A stretch of 64,000 nucleotides of DNA. Origin: Macrostomum lignano (Eukaryota). Both the position numbers and the translations under genes were made by a program. The stretch spans positions 71,635 through 135,634 of the forward strand of contig NIVC01002849.1 of NCBI GenBank assembly GCA_002269645.1, in the 5' to 3' direction. Positions within the stretch are counted from its first letter, which is position 1. Each line of letters starts with the position of its first letter. Positions 63,401-64,000 of this stretch are shown in pieces. The notes below the pieces were generated by a model. It worked only from the letters and a program-made list of their open reading frames with translations, was not told the DNA's origin and made no database searches.

Positions 63401-64000
63401 CCCATCCCCATTAGCACTTTGGTTATATTCTCTACTAGATAACATATTACTAGGCCTACCCTATGTAGAACTCTGTGAATTTTTGCAAGAACTCTATGAG
63501 CTTGTTGGACTCTAAAAAGTTCAAAAAAGGGTTTAAATAATTTAGAGTAGACCTAGGAAATTGAAAGATTGCTAAGATCTTGTTTGACCCTTAATTCAAT
63601 CATTTTATCTAGATCTATATTGCAATATTGGCCAACAAATAACCAGCCTGGCTGGGCTTTTTTAGCATGTCAATTGATTACTTTGCTATTCCCTAGCCTA
63701 ACTCTTATCTATGACCTAGGCCTACTTATTTCTACTTTGTCCTTTAGTTTCTGTCTTGCTTTTGATCTATCTCCTTAGGAGATAGAGGGGATGTTGCTAC
63801 TCACTAAACTTATTTAATAATTTATTGCTTGTTTTATCCATGTACAATGTAGTCTCAATTCAATAGCTATTTTATAGACAGCCAAACTATTATGCCTATA
63901 ATATTAGAGCTTATTTATGACAGCTATGGGGGTACAACATTTACTTGTAAGTTTGACAAGCAAAGATCAATAAGCAAACTTTAGCAGGCAAATTTCCACA

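Overview
Eukaryotic (metazoan) genomic DNA with GC-rich exons, spliceosomal GT-AG introns and very dense micro/minisatellites. The style suggests a free-living flatworm such as Macrostomum, but this is an inference and no database was searched. Protein-coding content: (1) a minus-strand trio at 4.7-9.8 kb (unknown ORF, LAMTOR2 with no genomic in-frame ATG, unknown gene) that looks like a trans-spliced operon; (2) two Ly6/uPAR (boudin-like) genes encoding an identical protein and flanking (3) a divergent importin-alpha-like ARM protein with an acidic N-terminus; (4) an unrecognised four-exon secreted protein; (5) a six-exon p70 S6 kinase; (6) an intact actin with a CArG/TATA promoter; (7) a 5'-truncated piwi remnant with an in-frame TGA, fused to a Gypsy fragment. 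Mobile DNA: a degenerate MULE with TIRs and TSD, two abutting Gypsy remnants, a Tc1 with TA TSD, a Merlin/ISXO2-like relic, hAT-like MITEs (one family carries CT/GA low-complexity cargo), tRNA-derived SINEs and possible Helitron-type elements. There are about 15 tandem-repeat arrays. Exon boundaries were derived by hand from frame continuity and splice consensus and need RNA-seq confirmation. No CRISPR, rRNA or bona fide tRNA gene was found.
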